Positions 50,554-59,682 of a stretch of 64,000 nucleotides of DNA are shown here, piece after piece. A program made the translations under genes and the position numbers. The DNA lies in NCBI GenBank assembly GCA_025061115.1, contig JANZKC010000001.1, positions 736,001 through 800,000 on the forward strand, read 5' to 3'. The notes below the pieces were generated by a model. That model was not told the DNA's origin. It saw only the letters and a program-made list of their open reading frames with translations, and made no database searches. The stretch's first letter is position 1. Each line of letters starts with the position of its first letter. This DNA is from Candidatus Culexmicrobium cathedralense (lineage in GTDB: Archaea > Thermoproteota > Methanomethylicia > Culexarchaeales > Culexmicrobiaceae).

Positions 50554-51178
50554 GTCCAGACACCTCGAGCCTATTTATGGGAGCTCCTCTACTCAAAGCG
50601 ATGTTACATGCCGCCTTAACGTCAGATGGGAGAGGATATTGCTTAATATAGGGGGACATGGGCAGGGATTCGCTAACTAACTCCAAATGCGTCTTAGGAG
50701 GTAAAATGATTTCACGCAATCTAGCGAGGATGGTATGTAGATATTTATCTCCACCGCTTCCAATTCGTATAATTCTCCTTCTAGCTGGGCACATGGAAAG
50801 CAATTTAGTTAGAAATTCAACTAGTTTATCCGTGCTGTAAAATACCTTTAGCGCTATGGGCGTTCCGTCAGCAAGAGCTGCAAAGCCCAATTTGGCACCA
50901 GGATCTATTCCTATTATCAAGTTATCGAACATGGTTTTGCCCTTGAGCGCACAAATAACCTTGAAAATGGACTCTTCAGCATTCTCCTCAGTGACAGTTA
51001 TTACAGTTTTCCGATCATCGCATTTTGCTTCACCGCGTGAAGTGAGCACAACCTTGATGTCATTTGGTACGGCAAGTCCAGGAGTAATGCTTACGAAATC
51101 AATGCTGTGCTCCTTAAGCAGCCTGGATATGATGTAGTAAATTCTCGGGTCCCTTGTCATTATTGCAACCTTTGCCAA
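50528..51178 (-). CDS. Protein with RNase H-fold (YqgF/RuvC-like) domain
   Basis: IIGIDPG..LGFA, IRIGSG and late D..AA..IA. Confidence 0.65.
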   Translation of the reverse strand: MAKVAIMTRDPRIYYIISRLLKEHSIDFVSITPGLAVPNDIKVVLTSRGEAKCDDRKTVITVTEENAEESIFKVICALKGKTMFDNLIIGIDPGAKLGFAALADGTPIALKVFYSTDKLVEFLTKLLSMCPARRRIIRIGSGGDKYLHTILARLREIILPPKTHLELVSESLPMSPYIKQYPLPSDVKAACNIALSRGAPINRLEVSGHEGGVSKI

Positions 51179-51258
51179 CGCTCCATCACCAAATGTAGCT
51201 CATCATAACTAGAGAAAAGTCGAGAGTTATATACCCTTTGCGCCAATGTGATTTTGAA

Positions 51259-51945
51259 ATGAAACCCAACGCAATAGCGACAGGACACAGGAAGCTTGAT
51301 AGAGCTTTGAATGGAGGAATCAACATAGGGAAAGTAACGCTGATTTATGGAGAAGCAGGAACAGGTAAAACAGCCATCTCATTAAGCTGCTCTGCAACCT
51401 GCGCACTTTTAGGCTTGAAAGCAATCTATCTAACCTCTGAAAAGCCTTTTCCAGCAGAAAGGCTAGCTACTATTGTTGGCAGAAACCTTGAAAAAGCAGC
51501 TAAAAGGATAGTGGTCATTGAACTGGAAGACTTCGAGCAGCAACTGGAAACGATAGAGAAGCTCGAATTTTTCATTACGCCCACGGTGGGATTAGTTGTA
51601 GTCGACACGATTACGGCTAGGTATAGGGAGGCAATTTCTAGAGGTGTGGACTCAATTAGCGCGAATAAATCGCTAAGTAGGCAACTCGCGATGTTACGGT
51701 ACATTGCAGAGAGAAGGGGTGTAGCAGTAATTGTAACAGGACAAGTTAGGGAGGTCATAGGTGAAGACAGGGAAGAGGTTGTCGCTTCAAAAGTCATGCA
51801 ATTTTGGCCAAACACCATAATTAGGCTAGAGAAAATCGAGAATAGAAGAATCGCATTTATAGAGAAAAGCGAAAATAAAGATGCATTAGGATTCAGGGTG
51901 CTGTTCAAGATAACTAGCCGAGGAATAGAAGATGGAGAATATTGA
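51259..51945 (+). CDS. RadB-like RecA-family paralog (no N-terminal domain)
   Basis: TG...LD..L.GG, YGEAGTGKT, VVVDT and VTGQV motifs. Confidence 0.85.
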   Translation: MKPNAIATGHRKLDRALNGGINIGKVTLIYGEAGTGKTAISLSCSATCALLGLKAIYLTSEKPFPAERLATIVGRNLEKAAKRIVVIELEDFEQQLETIEKLEFFITPTVGLVVVDTITARYREAISRGVDSISANKSLSRQLAMLRYIAERRGVAVIVTGQVREVIGEDREEVVASKVMQFWPNTIIRLEKIENRRIAFIEKSENKDALGFRVLFKITSRGIEDGEY

Positions 51946-52414
51946 ATGGGTTTTGCAATTAATTTGGAGAATATTGCCAGCATACATTGCAAATGCGGCG
52001 CCAGTCGCTTTCGTGAGGAAGGGGCATCCGATCGACTTCGGCAAAAAAATGAGGGACGGAAATCCGATATTTGGGCGAGGAAAGACCTTTGAGGGGTTTA
52101 TTGTTGGCGTAACTGCAGGCACGTTGATTGGTTTGATTCAAAGTAGAGTCGCTGCATCGTTCATGCTGGCCCTTGGAGCTATGATTGGAGATCTCACGGG
52201 ATCCTTTTTAAAGAGAAGATTAGGTATCCGGAGCAGTGAGCCCGCACCTTTGCTGGATCAGGTGTCCTTCCTTATAGGTGCAATAGCTCTTTCAAGCATA
52301 TTGGAGGCATACTCGCTGGAGGAAGTCGTAGTCTTAATTTTAATTACCATACCATTACATCTAATAACAAACATTTTCGCGTACTTCATGAAGCTTAAAA
52401 AAGTGCCGTGGTGA
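51932..52414 (+). CDS. carS: CDP-archaeol synthase
   Basis: PAYIAN..P, PIDFG, GKT.EG, GD..GSF.KRR, LDQ and K.VPW motifs. Confidence 0.93.
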   Translation: MENIEWVLQLIWRILPAYIANAAPVAFVRKGHPIDFGKKMRDGNPIFGRGKTFEGFIVGVTAGTLIGLIQSRVAASFMLALGAMIGDLTGSFLKRRLGIRSSEPAPLLDQVSFLIGAIALSSILEAYSLEEVVVLILITIPLHLITNIFAYFMKLKKVPW

Positions 52415-52424
52415 TGATTTGAAG

Positions 52425-52838
52425 CTAAATCCATCCAACCTTTTTAGCGAATAGGTATTGAAGTGAAAGTAGAGATACTATCAGCAGTATTGAGCCAAAA
52501 GCTAATAGCATATTTGTATATTTGGGGTCATGCGTTATTTTACTGCTCATTTGAATAAGTAAAAGACCTAAAAACCCACATAAGATTAACATGGAAACAA
52601 CTACTGCCTCAACAACTGTTTGAAAATCAAGGTATGGAGCAAGGAAAGATATTCTCCCTCCAATTGGAATGAACCATATTGGTGGCTCTACCAACACATA
52701 TACAGCTCCACTCATCAAGAAAATACATGTAAATACGGAAATTAGAGGTATAAGTTTATAGAATAAAGCTCGCATAGAAGTTGCAATTTTCACTACACTT
52801 GAGAGGCTTCTTGGCAGTCTGCGCAAACGCAACACCAA
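52425..52838 (-). CDS. DC2/OSTC (OST3/OST6-like) membrane protein
   Basis: Three TM helices with FL.SG.VY.LVEPP...FL....Q..VE...GFLG...KK pattern. Confidence 0.6.
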   Translation of the reverse strand: MVLRLRRLPRSLSSVVKIATSMRALFYKLIPLISVFTCIFLMSGAVYVLVEPPIWFIPIGGRISFLAPYLDFQTVVEAVVVSMLILCGFLGLLLIQMSSKITHDPKYTNMLLAFGSILLIVSLLSLQYLFAKKVGWI

Positions 52839-52916
52839 AAAGCAATGGGAATTAGGATAGAATTAAGCTTTACCATAGCTAGGTGTAGGAAAAAATAAAT
52901 TTCCGATATCCAATTT

Positions 52917-53675
52917 GTGGGCGGAGGCCACCAGATGCGAGCAGTGGAGTTAGCTTGCTCAATGTACTTTTATAAAAGCAACTTAGGACTTCTCTTTCCA
53001 TCGATAGAGGCAAACGCAGAAACATCTAAAGTAATAGCTGAAATTGCAAAATACTCTGAAATGGTTAATAAGAAGATAGCTGATCTAGGGGCGAAAAGAA
53101 ACCTAGAGGTTGCGCCAGCAATAGGATATTCGGAGTTTATGGGTAGAGAATTAGAGATTGCATATCTCTCAATAGGTGACGATTTTCCGGATGTAGGATA
53201 CGTTTTAAGACCAATATTCATAGAATTGGGGGACATCGGGTTAGAAAGACCAAGCGTGAGCGTCTTTGCATTTTACCATCCGCCAGTTAAGGTCATAATA
53301 GATAATGTGCCCGGATGGGTAACCCCTCAAGGCATGACGTTAAGGGACGTAAGGGCGCTGGGAGCCCCAAAGCAGATTCAAATTAACATATATAATGTAG
53401 ACTTTAACTTGACGAAGATGCTTACTAAAGCCATTATAAGGTGTGCCTTATGGGAGAGGGCTTTTTCGGTTCCTTCAGAAAAAGCCGTTGAAGCATATAC
53501 TGAAAAAATCATGAGGAAACTTAACAGCCGAGAAAAAACGCAGATAGTTATGGGAATAAAGGAAATTGCAGAAGGTGTTTTAAAGAGAATAGAGAATCTA
53601 AGCAACGAACTTGAAGCATGTATGGGAGATGAACTTAGCAAAGTAGATCTACTAATAAGATCGATTATCAAATAA
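52917..53675 (+). CDS. Hypothetical protein
   Basis: 252-aa ORF; no family recognised. Confidence 0.65.
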   Translation: MGGGHQMRAVELACSMYFYKSNLGLLFPSIEANAETSKVIAEIAKYSEMVNKKIADLGAKRNLEVAPAIGYSEFMGRELEIAYLSIGDDFPDVGYVLRPIFIELGDIGLERPSVSVFAFYHPPVKVIIDNVPGWVTPQGMTLRDVRALGAPKQIQINIYNVDFNLTKMLTKAIIRCALWERAFSVPSEKAVEAYTEKIMRKLNSREKTQIVMGIKEIAEGVLKRIENLSNELEACMGDELSKVDLLIRSIIK

Positions 53676-54069
53676 AGCGCTTCTTAAATGTCTTAGCATA
53701 TACTGCCACCACAACTAGTGGACTGTTACACTTTGGACAGCTTCCAACTTCCTTAAAGATGTAATCTCCCCGCCTAAACTCTCGCTCCTCCTTAAAGTTA
53801 CAACTTTCATTTGTGCACTTAATTGTTACTACGCTTAAGAATCTAGGTCGAAGTCTATATTGCAGCTGCCTCTTATGCTGAAAAGCAAATATGAACGATA
53901 ATGCTAGGCATATTATACCGGAAAGGATATAGTCGAGAGACAGGCTTTCACCGGCTTCACCCTTAAGATCCGCTAAGCCTAAGAAGAAAAGTACAAAGGC
54001 AGCAAACGAGAATATCACTGACATTATCATTAATATTTGCGACTTTCCACTCTTTGCCATGCAACTCAC
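53668..54069 (-). CDS. Two-TM protein with C-terminal zinc ribbon
   Basis: CTNESC...R.F..GDYIFK....CPKC. Confidence 0.75.
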   Translation of the reverse strand: MSCMAKSGKSQILMIMSVIFSFAAFVLFFLGLADLKGEAGESLSLDYILSGIICLALSFIFAFQHKRQLQYRLRPRFLSVVTIKCTNESCNFKEEREFRRGDYIFKEVGSCPKCNSPLVVVAVYAKTFKKRFI

Positions 54070-54072
54070 CCA

Positions 54073-55182
54073 TTACTGACCGATGCCAATGGTATTTCCA
54101 ATTCCTGCAATAATCACTGTCTCCCCCTCCTTAACCCGCTCCCTGATTATGTCCAGCACTTTCTGAACCGCCTTTTCAGCAGCTTCTAAAACTTCCCTAC
54201 GCATAACTGTTATGGCTTCTTCTAATGAAATCTTTATTGCAATAGCATCTATTGGAATGTTGTATTTAACTGCAATTTCCTCTATTTTATATTTTTCAGG
54301 GCCAGGGTCACCAATAGCAGCTCCTACACCCTCTGCTATCCTGCCTGTCTTTTCCCCTTCGAGTTTGGCCGCAGCATCAACCATAATTATTCTGGCAATA
54401 GACCCCCCGTTTTGAGCTACAATTCTGGCGATAGCCTCTCCCGGCTTTCCAACTTCTGCCCCCGGACCTTTAGCCTTAATTACTATGACCTTCCGACCTT
54501 CAAAGTCAAACTCTGAGGCAACGACATTTTTAGCTATCTCTTTATATGGCTTTCCACGCATAAGCTTTGCTGCAACAAGCGCTCCAACGCCATCTCCGAT
54601 TGGCTTGCCATTCGAAAAAGCGTCTACTGCGCCGAAGAAAGCTTCAGCATAACGCAGTATTATTGGAAGATACATCTGAAGTTGCATTATGAAGACAACG
54701 CTTTTCGTTTTCTTACTAAGAAGAAGCAAATGCCGTATTTCTCTATATAGAGTGTTGAGTACAATGGTTGCCTCCAATAATCCCTCTATATTTGAAATAA
54801 AAGTAGGATCAGCGTTGGGAGCAATTTTCCTGGCGAAAGCTTCAATTCTCCTATCACGCGTATTCAGTACATGTTCAAGTCTTCTAATAACTCCAGCAGG
54901 ATCAAGAGAAACCGGCGCTATGTAAAAGAAGTCCAGAAAGTCTTCAATTAAAGGAGTGGGGTCAAAGTTCGGGTTGCCTAATTCCTTGACAGTTTTTATG
55001 GTGATGCTCTTTGCGCTAGATGCAAGATAATGCAATCGCCGAAGTGCTCCCTCCGCCTCCCTAATCCACATCCAAACCTGAATACGCTGATTAAACAGCG
55101 TTATAAATAGAGCAAAACCCAAGAAGAATATTATGTCAAGTACATATTTATTAAGGGAATCCTCAATTGGCAAGAAAGACAT
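54073..55182 (-). CDS. DUF1512 family protein
   Basis: PV.LDP.G, PIGDG.G.LVA, DAA.KLEGE.TG and GIGNTIGIGQ motifs; start approximate. Confidence 0.85.
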   Translation of the reverse strand: MSFLPIEDSLNKYVLDIIFFLGFALFITLFNQRIQVWMWIREAEGALRRLHYLASSAKSITIKTVKELGNPNFDPTPLIEDFLDFFYIAPVSLDPAGVIRRLEHVLNTRDRRIEAFARKIAPNADPTFISNIEGLLEATIVLNTLYREIRHLLLLSKKTKSVVFIMQLQMYLPIILRYAEAFFGAVDAFSNGKPIGDGVGALVAAKLMRGKPYKEIAKNVVASEFDFEGRKVIVIKAKGPGAEVGKPGEAIARIVAQNGGSIARIIMVDAAAKLEGEKTGRIAEGVGAAIGDPGPEKYKIEEIAVKYNIPIDAIAIKISLEEAITVMRREVLEAAEKAVQKVLDIIRERVKEGETVIIAGIGNTIGIGQ

Positions 55183-55304
55183 GATAATTAACTTCAAGCC
55201 GCCTCTAAACCTCCCAATTCGGTTAGAAACATGATGAAAACTATAAATAAATTTATTCATCCCATTAAGGCTTAATAAAATCAAAAATGAAATTGCAAAT
55301 TAAT

Positions 55305-55437
55305 GAGTGCACCGCCAGCACGCCCCTTTCCCGGTGCCTCTCGGACACCAGTACTCAGGCGCGCGGCAGTGGGCTTGACTTCCGGGTTCGGAATGAGTCC
55401 GGGTATTTCCCCACTGCCTATGGCCGGCGGTGCACTC
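55305..55437 (-). rRNA. rrf: 5S rRNA (no 16S/23S in the window)
   Basis: Minus strand GGCCATAG...ACCCGGACTCATTCCGAACCCGGAAGTCAAGC...AGTACTG, with complementary termini; ends approximate. Confidence 0.95.
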
Positions 55438-55550
55438 AAAATATGGGAGTTACTTGCACACTAATAAACCTTCCTTCATCAACTGAACTTAACTATCAAA
55501 AGACAATCGATAAGTTAAGCTTATAAAACATGGATACAAGCTTTTCTTGG

Positions 55551-55662
55551 GCCGGGGTCGCCTAGCCTGGTTAGGGCGCCGGACTCATAATCTAAGCGAT
55601 ATAGGGGACCAGACATAGGTGGAATCCGGTTTTCGCGGGTTCGAAGCCCGCCCCCGGCACCA
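55551..55662 (+). tRNA. Elongator tRNA-Met(CAT) with 34-nt anticodon-loop intron
   Basis: GCCGGGG/CCCCGGC acceptor, CCGGA-CTCATA...ATCCGG arm split by an insert at ~55590-55624, encoded CCA, TTATAAAA at 55521. Confidence 0.9.
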
Positions 55663-55754
55663 AACACTGGTACCCTTCTAAACCAGCAATACTCGCCATG
55701 GGCATAATAGAAGAATCTAAGGTCTTATTCCTTAAACACTCATTTTCAAAATAA

Positions 55755-55826
55755 AGCCGGGGAGGGGATTTGAACCCCTGTAAAGCGGATCTGCAGTCCG
55801 CCGCCTAACCACTTGGCTACCCCGGC
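55755..55826 (-). tRNA. tRNA-Cys(GCA)
   Basis: GCGGA-CTGCAGA-TCCGC anticodon arm and U73 discriminator. Confidence 0.95.
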
Positions 55827-55903
55827 TCTATATTAAGCTACTTGCAAGGTGGATTATATAAGTTTGACTTGAAGAAACTTAGTGGATAGCTATAGTAAAG
55901 TGC

Positions 55904-56425
55904 TTACTTAGCTTGCAGAGGCTCTTGGAGAGCTTCTATTACTATTCTTGTAGGTACAGATATCTTTGAGCCAGCAACTTTAAGCGCTCTTTTAGCTTGC
56001 TCTATGTGTTCAGGTTTTGTGCGTATGAGGATTATTGTTTGTCCTGGCCTTACTCTTGCAGCAGTTCCAATTGGTTTTCCAAATGCTAGGCGCATGCCAT
56101 CTTGAAGACGGTCTGCGCCGGCGAAAGCCATCATTTTATTTTCTCTTAGGACGTGGTGTGGGTAAACTTTGATTTTTAGGTGATAATTTGAGCGCCCGAT
56201 TTTCTCCATAATTTTATTAGCGGATACGCGTGCAGCTTCTAACGCGTTGTGCCTAATTTGACCAATTTCTTTGGAAACGAGCCTCACTTCTATTGGAAAA
56301 TCACCTTTAGGGTTACCCATATCGAATCTTGCAATTTTTGGGGGCGGAACTCCACTTATATACTCTCGTCTGGTATATGGTGGTCCGCTTATGTGTCTGT
56401 AGCATCTCCCTGGTCTTAGAGGCAT
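55904..56425 (-). CDS. rpl10e: 50S ribosomal protein L10e (uL16)
   Basis: [18 protein letters not shown] and [16 protein letters not shown] motifs. Confidence 0.97.
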   Translation of the reverse strand: MPLRPGRCYRHISGPPYTRREYISGVPPPKIARFDMGNPKGDFPIEVRLVSKEIGQIRHNALEAARVSANKIMEKIGRSNYHLKIKVYPHHVLRENKMMAFAGADRLQDGMRLAFGKPIGTAARVRPGQTIILIRTKPEHIEQAKRALKVAGSKISVPTRIVIEALQEPLQAK

Positions 56426-56488
56426 GACTTATCCACTCGGCTAGTGATTACGCAAAACCATAATTTAAGGATTGCTGAGGATGTATGG

Positions 56489-57553
56489 CTAGATTTTTTC
56501 TAGCATAATTATGAATGGGTGTAGATTTCCGTGAAATACGCGCCTATACCCTTTAACTGTGTAATTTAGGTCATTGGCAAGTCGTTTTATTAAGCGTAGC
56601 TCGGTTGATAGGAGGGTTATTAAACCATTGTCTTTCAAGGTTTCTCTGGCAGAAGAGAGAAATTCTCGATATAATGATTTAATTATTGACCGCCTGCCAG
56701 TTCTTATGCCATATGGTAGATTTGAAATTATCCTGTCAATGTCAAAGTTTAATTCCTCATTTATTCGTCTTGCATCACCAACCTTAAAACATACTTTATC
56801 ATGCACGCCAGCTGCCAGTGCGTTTAGCTTTGCACCTTTCACATGCTTTGGGGAAATGTCCATCCCATAAATTTCGCATGATGAATTGATAAAGCAGCAC
56901 TCTATGGGGATGGTGCCACCGCCGCACATTGGGTCTACCACTATACAACCTTTGAATAATTGCGACATCATGGACATTGCATAGGCAATTGTGGGCTTAA
57001 GAGCAGCTGGGTGATCGTAGACTCTATAGCCACGCCTATGTAATGATTGGTCACCAGTAGTGCATATACTCACAAAGCAGACTTCACCGACAACGTCTAC
57101 TCGAACAATTACTGCAGGATTATCGAGATTTACCGGAGGGGACTGACTCCCACTTGAAAATAAGTCTTTGACTGCTTTTCCAGCTATTCTGGCAATATCC
57201 ATAGAGGTATATTCGTGCGAGCCTAGCCGCTCTGCTCGAACGGCGAAGCTGATATGCGGATTTAGGTACTCTTCAATACCAGATTTCAATATGCAGTCAT
57301 ATATGTCATTCAATCCAGCAGTTCTCCTTGAAATCTTGCTGGTAGAGAGAAGTATGGAAACTCGATGAAGTAGCCTAGACTTCGAATTCAGTAGGGATGA
57401 TGCGTAATCTCCATTTTCAGTACACTCTACGATGAGCCTTCCTTGAACTCCCAAGGGCTTAATTCTTGCTTCCGAGATGGTGAGCAAGTTGCTGACTTCT
57501 TCAAGAGCAATGTCTTCTATTCCAGGGCATGTTGTTAGTAGGAGGCGAGTCAT
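56489..57553 (-). CDS. trm14: THUMP-domain tRNA (guanine6-N2)-methyltransferase
   Basis: SLHRRGYRVYDHPAAL, DPMCGGGTI and NLPYG motifs. Confidence 0.85.
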   Translation of the reverse strand: MTRLLLTTCPGIEDIALEEVSNLLTISEARIKPLGVQGRLIVECTENGDYASSLLNSKSRLLHRVSILLSTSKISRRTAGLNDIYDCILKSGIEEYLNPHISFAVRAERLGSHEYTSMDIARIAGKAVKDLFSSGSQSPPVNLDNPAVIVRVDVVGEVCFVSICTTGDQSLHRRGYRVYDHPAALKPTIAYAMSMMSQLFKGCIVVDPMCGGGTIPIECCFINSSCEIYGMDISPKHVKGAKLNALAAGVHDKVCFKVGDARRINEELNFDIDRIISNLPYGIRTGRRSIIKSLYREFLSSARETLKDNGLITLLSTELRLIKRLANDLNYTVKGYRRVFHGNLHPFIIMLEKI

Positions 57554-57566
57554 TTTCTACTCCATC

Positions 57567-58595
57567 CTACTCAACTCTTGCAATGTAGATGTTGTGTTTA
57601 GTTCGTAGTATGCGCGCATAAACTTTAACTCCAATTGGAATGTCATCGGCATCGACGAGGGTAATTACTCTTCCCTTGGCAGTCGCTATTTTTTCGCCCT
57701 TGAGCCACCCTGGACCTACGACGGTGACCTTAACTTTTTCAAAGCGCTTGAATGGACGCGGCAACATAGGCAATTTAATTATATTGAAGTCCTCGGGTTT
57801 AAGTATGAGCTTTACATTTAACTCCTTCTCCCAAACCCTTAGAGTTTTATAGAACTTGTACCACGAAATGGGTTTAACTCCAGGAGGTTTCCTTCCAAAT
57901 TTATGATACTCATATTTCTGTATTCCTAATGGTGGCCACTTCTTTCCTGCGCCAATTTTCTTCGCGAACTCTACGATCTTTGGAATTTCGCTATTGTTGA
58001 TTCCAGGAATCCAAACTGGAGCTATGAGTAAGTCTATCTTAGACTGCGAAATATATTCAGCAATGCTGGTGATGTGGTTGATGTCGTAGAAATCGGCTCC
58101 AGCAATTTTCCTTGCAAGATCCTCATTTAAGGCATCAATCGACAGGTTTATTCTAGATAGACCTGCATCAGCCAGCTCATCAATCATGCGCTCATTAAGT
58201 AGGGTTCCATGTGTCTGCATGGATATAACTTCAATTCCAGGAATGTCTGCCAGTTTACATACTAAGTCTATGAGGTGAGGGTAAGTTGTCGGGTCGCCAA
58301 CGGTGTCGATATGAGCTTCTATGTGTCTTCCACCTTTAAAAGCTACAAGCTCTCTAACCACGTGGATTAGGTAGTCCAATTCAACAAAATACTCTGTTTG
58401 GCGCCATTTTGACTTTGGACCTGCATCAGTTGAGCAAAATATGCAAGAAAGAGGGCAGGTCGAACTGGGGCGAATTTGCAGTATGTTAGTTCCCCTATCT
58501 ATAACTCCAAAAGCAATGCATCCTACTAGGGGGATGTCATCGCTCCAATTAATTTTGAACAATTTCCGCGTATTGCTGCATTGACAATTTGGCAT
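57567..58595 (-). CDS. Radical SAM protein with C-terminal TRAM-like domain (COG2100-like)
   Basis: FG.IDRGTN..Q.RP...CPLSCIFCS and SMQTHG motifs; start approximate. Confidence 0.85.
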   Translation of the reverse strand: MPNCQCSNTRKLFKINWSDDIPLVGCIAFGVIDRGTNILQIRPSSTCPLSCIFCSTDAGPKSKWRQTEYFVELDYLIHVVRELVAFKGGRHIEAHIDTVGDPTTYPHLIDLVCKLADIPGIEVISMQTHGTLLNERMIDELADAGLSRINLSIDALNEDLARKIAGADFYDINHITSIAEYISQSKIDLLIAPVWIPGINNSEIPKIVEFAKKIGAGKKWPPLGIQKYEYHKFGRKPPGVKPISWYKFYKTLRVWEKELNVKLILKPEDFNIIKLPMLPRPFKRFEKVKVTVVGPGWLKGEKIATAKGRVITLVDADDIPIGVKVYARILRTKHNIYIARVE

Positions 58596-58678
58596 TTCAA
58601 GCACCAGCATTAACCCGCATATTATTGCATGCAAAACACATAGATAGCTTTAATTCTTCGCTCGATAAAATTGTAAGG

Positions 58679-58885
58679 GGGCTCTGCCGCATACCACGCT
58701 AGACGGACCTAGGGGAGAAGGAGAATCCATCGATGACCCTTAGGGGTACCCAGGCGTGGGACAGGTAGAGCCCATTCATGGGGTGGGGAGCTAAGTCCCG
58801 CCGTCGAGAGTGCCCAAAGAGAGAGGCTTGCCCCCTCCCAATGAAATTGGGTGATCGCGTGCGGGGGACAGCTCCGCCACCCCAT
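58679..58885 (+). ncRNA. Two tandem H/ACA-like guide RNA hairpins
   Basis: Each unit has a lower stem, an open pocket and an upper stem capped by AGA/TGA (K-turn-like), with ACA at 58761 and 58868. G-U pairs favour the + strand; CTTTAATT lies about 25 bp upstream. Confidence 0.7.
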
Positions 58886-58987
58886 GCGCCCAATAATTCA
58901 GAAGAAAACAGCTTAGAACCTAAGAAGTTATTTATGTGAAAGCATAAACTGCTTTGAAAGAGCCTAAAATGGCGAAGATGCCAATAA

Positions 58988-59455
58988 TTACTTAGCAATA
59001 AAGCTTTTCCATAAGCGTTCTTGACGCCTAATCTTAGCTGCAGATAAAGGACGCAGATCATTATCTTTTACAAGAGAGACAACGACGATTTCTAGTGGTG
59101 AAAGACCCCGGCTTTCTCTAATGCGGTTTATTTCTAAGGCTCGAGGCAAAGTTTCTTCACTAACCACAATGGCGGAGATGTCTTCGCTATTTATCGTTGG
59201 TCCATAAGGATCGTTAAGAATTACAATTTGCGCTCTTTCACTAACGCCTATGCTTTCTAAAAACCGCTTCAAAAGTTTCACTCTTTCATTGAGTGGGGGC
59301 ACGTAATGCGCTTTAAATCTTGCCAGCTTATCGCTTGTAATGCCTATTATCACTTTATTTCCCACTTCAAAGCATTTTTTTAGTAAGAGCTTATGTCCCT
59401 CGTGAAGAGAGTCGAAAGTGCCTCCAACTGCAACGCATTCATGCTTTTGTTTCAT
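58988..59455 (-). CDS. coaD: Phosphopantetheine adenylyltransferase (archaeal type)
   Basis: GGTFD.LH.GH, DPYGP, VVSEET and IN..R...GL motifs. Confidence 0.92.
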   Translation of the reverse strand: MKQKHECVAVGGTFDSLHEGHKLLLKKCFEVGNKVIIGITSDKLARFKAHYVPPLNERVKLLKRFLESIGVSERAQIVILNDPYGPTINSEDISAIVVSEETLPRALEINRIRESRGLSPLEIVVVSLVKDNDLRPLSAAKIRRQERLWKSFIAK

Positions 59456-59682
59456 AAGTTCACCACGCAGGAGCAGTACTGGTACTATTGTTAGATGAAG
59501 CGTTTTTAAATAGTTCTTTGTCAAAAAATTGCGTTAACTTCAACTGATAACTCAAGTTAACTTGAATTTTGAGGCGTTGCACTTATCCCGCCATATTCAC
59601 AGGCAAATTACGATTTAAAGGCTAGGTGAAGAAAAGCTTATCACCTGCTAGGGAAATTTTGGTACATGGGGCTGGCTGGGCT

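Noticed and set aside
55304-55438. Extended 5S terminal helix as a BHB circularisation signal
   Set aside because: The stem is continuous, with no 3-nt bulges.
55287-55526. 79-aa ORF on + strand
   Set aside because: Antisense to the 5S rRNA; spurious.
58679-58885. GC-rich structured RNA as RNase P RNA or SRP RNA
   Set aside because: I found no GAGGAAAGUCC / AACAGAA..GCUUA P4 elements and no SRP helix-8 motif on either strand; H/ACA-like geometry fits better.
58699-59061. 120-aa ORF on - strand
   Set aside because: Overlaps the structured RNA and the coaD end; no protein features.
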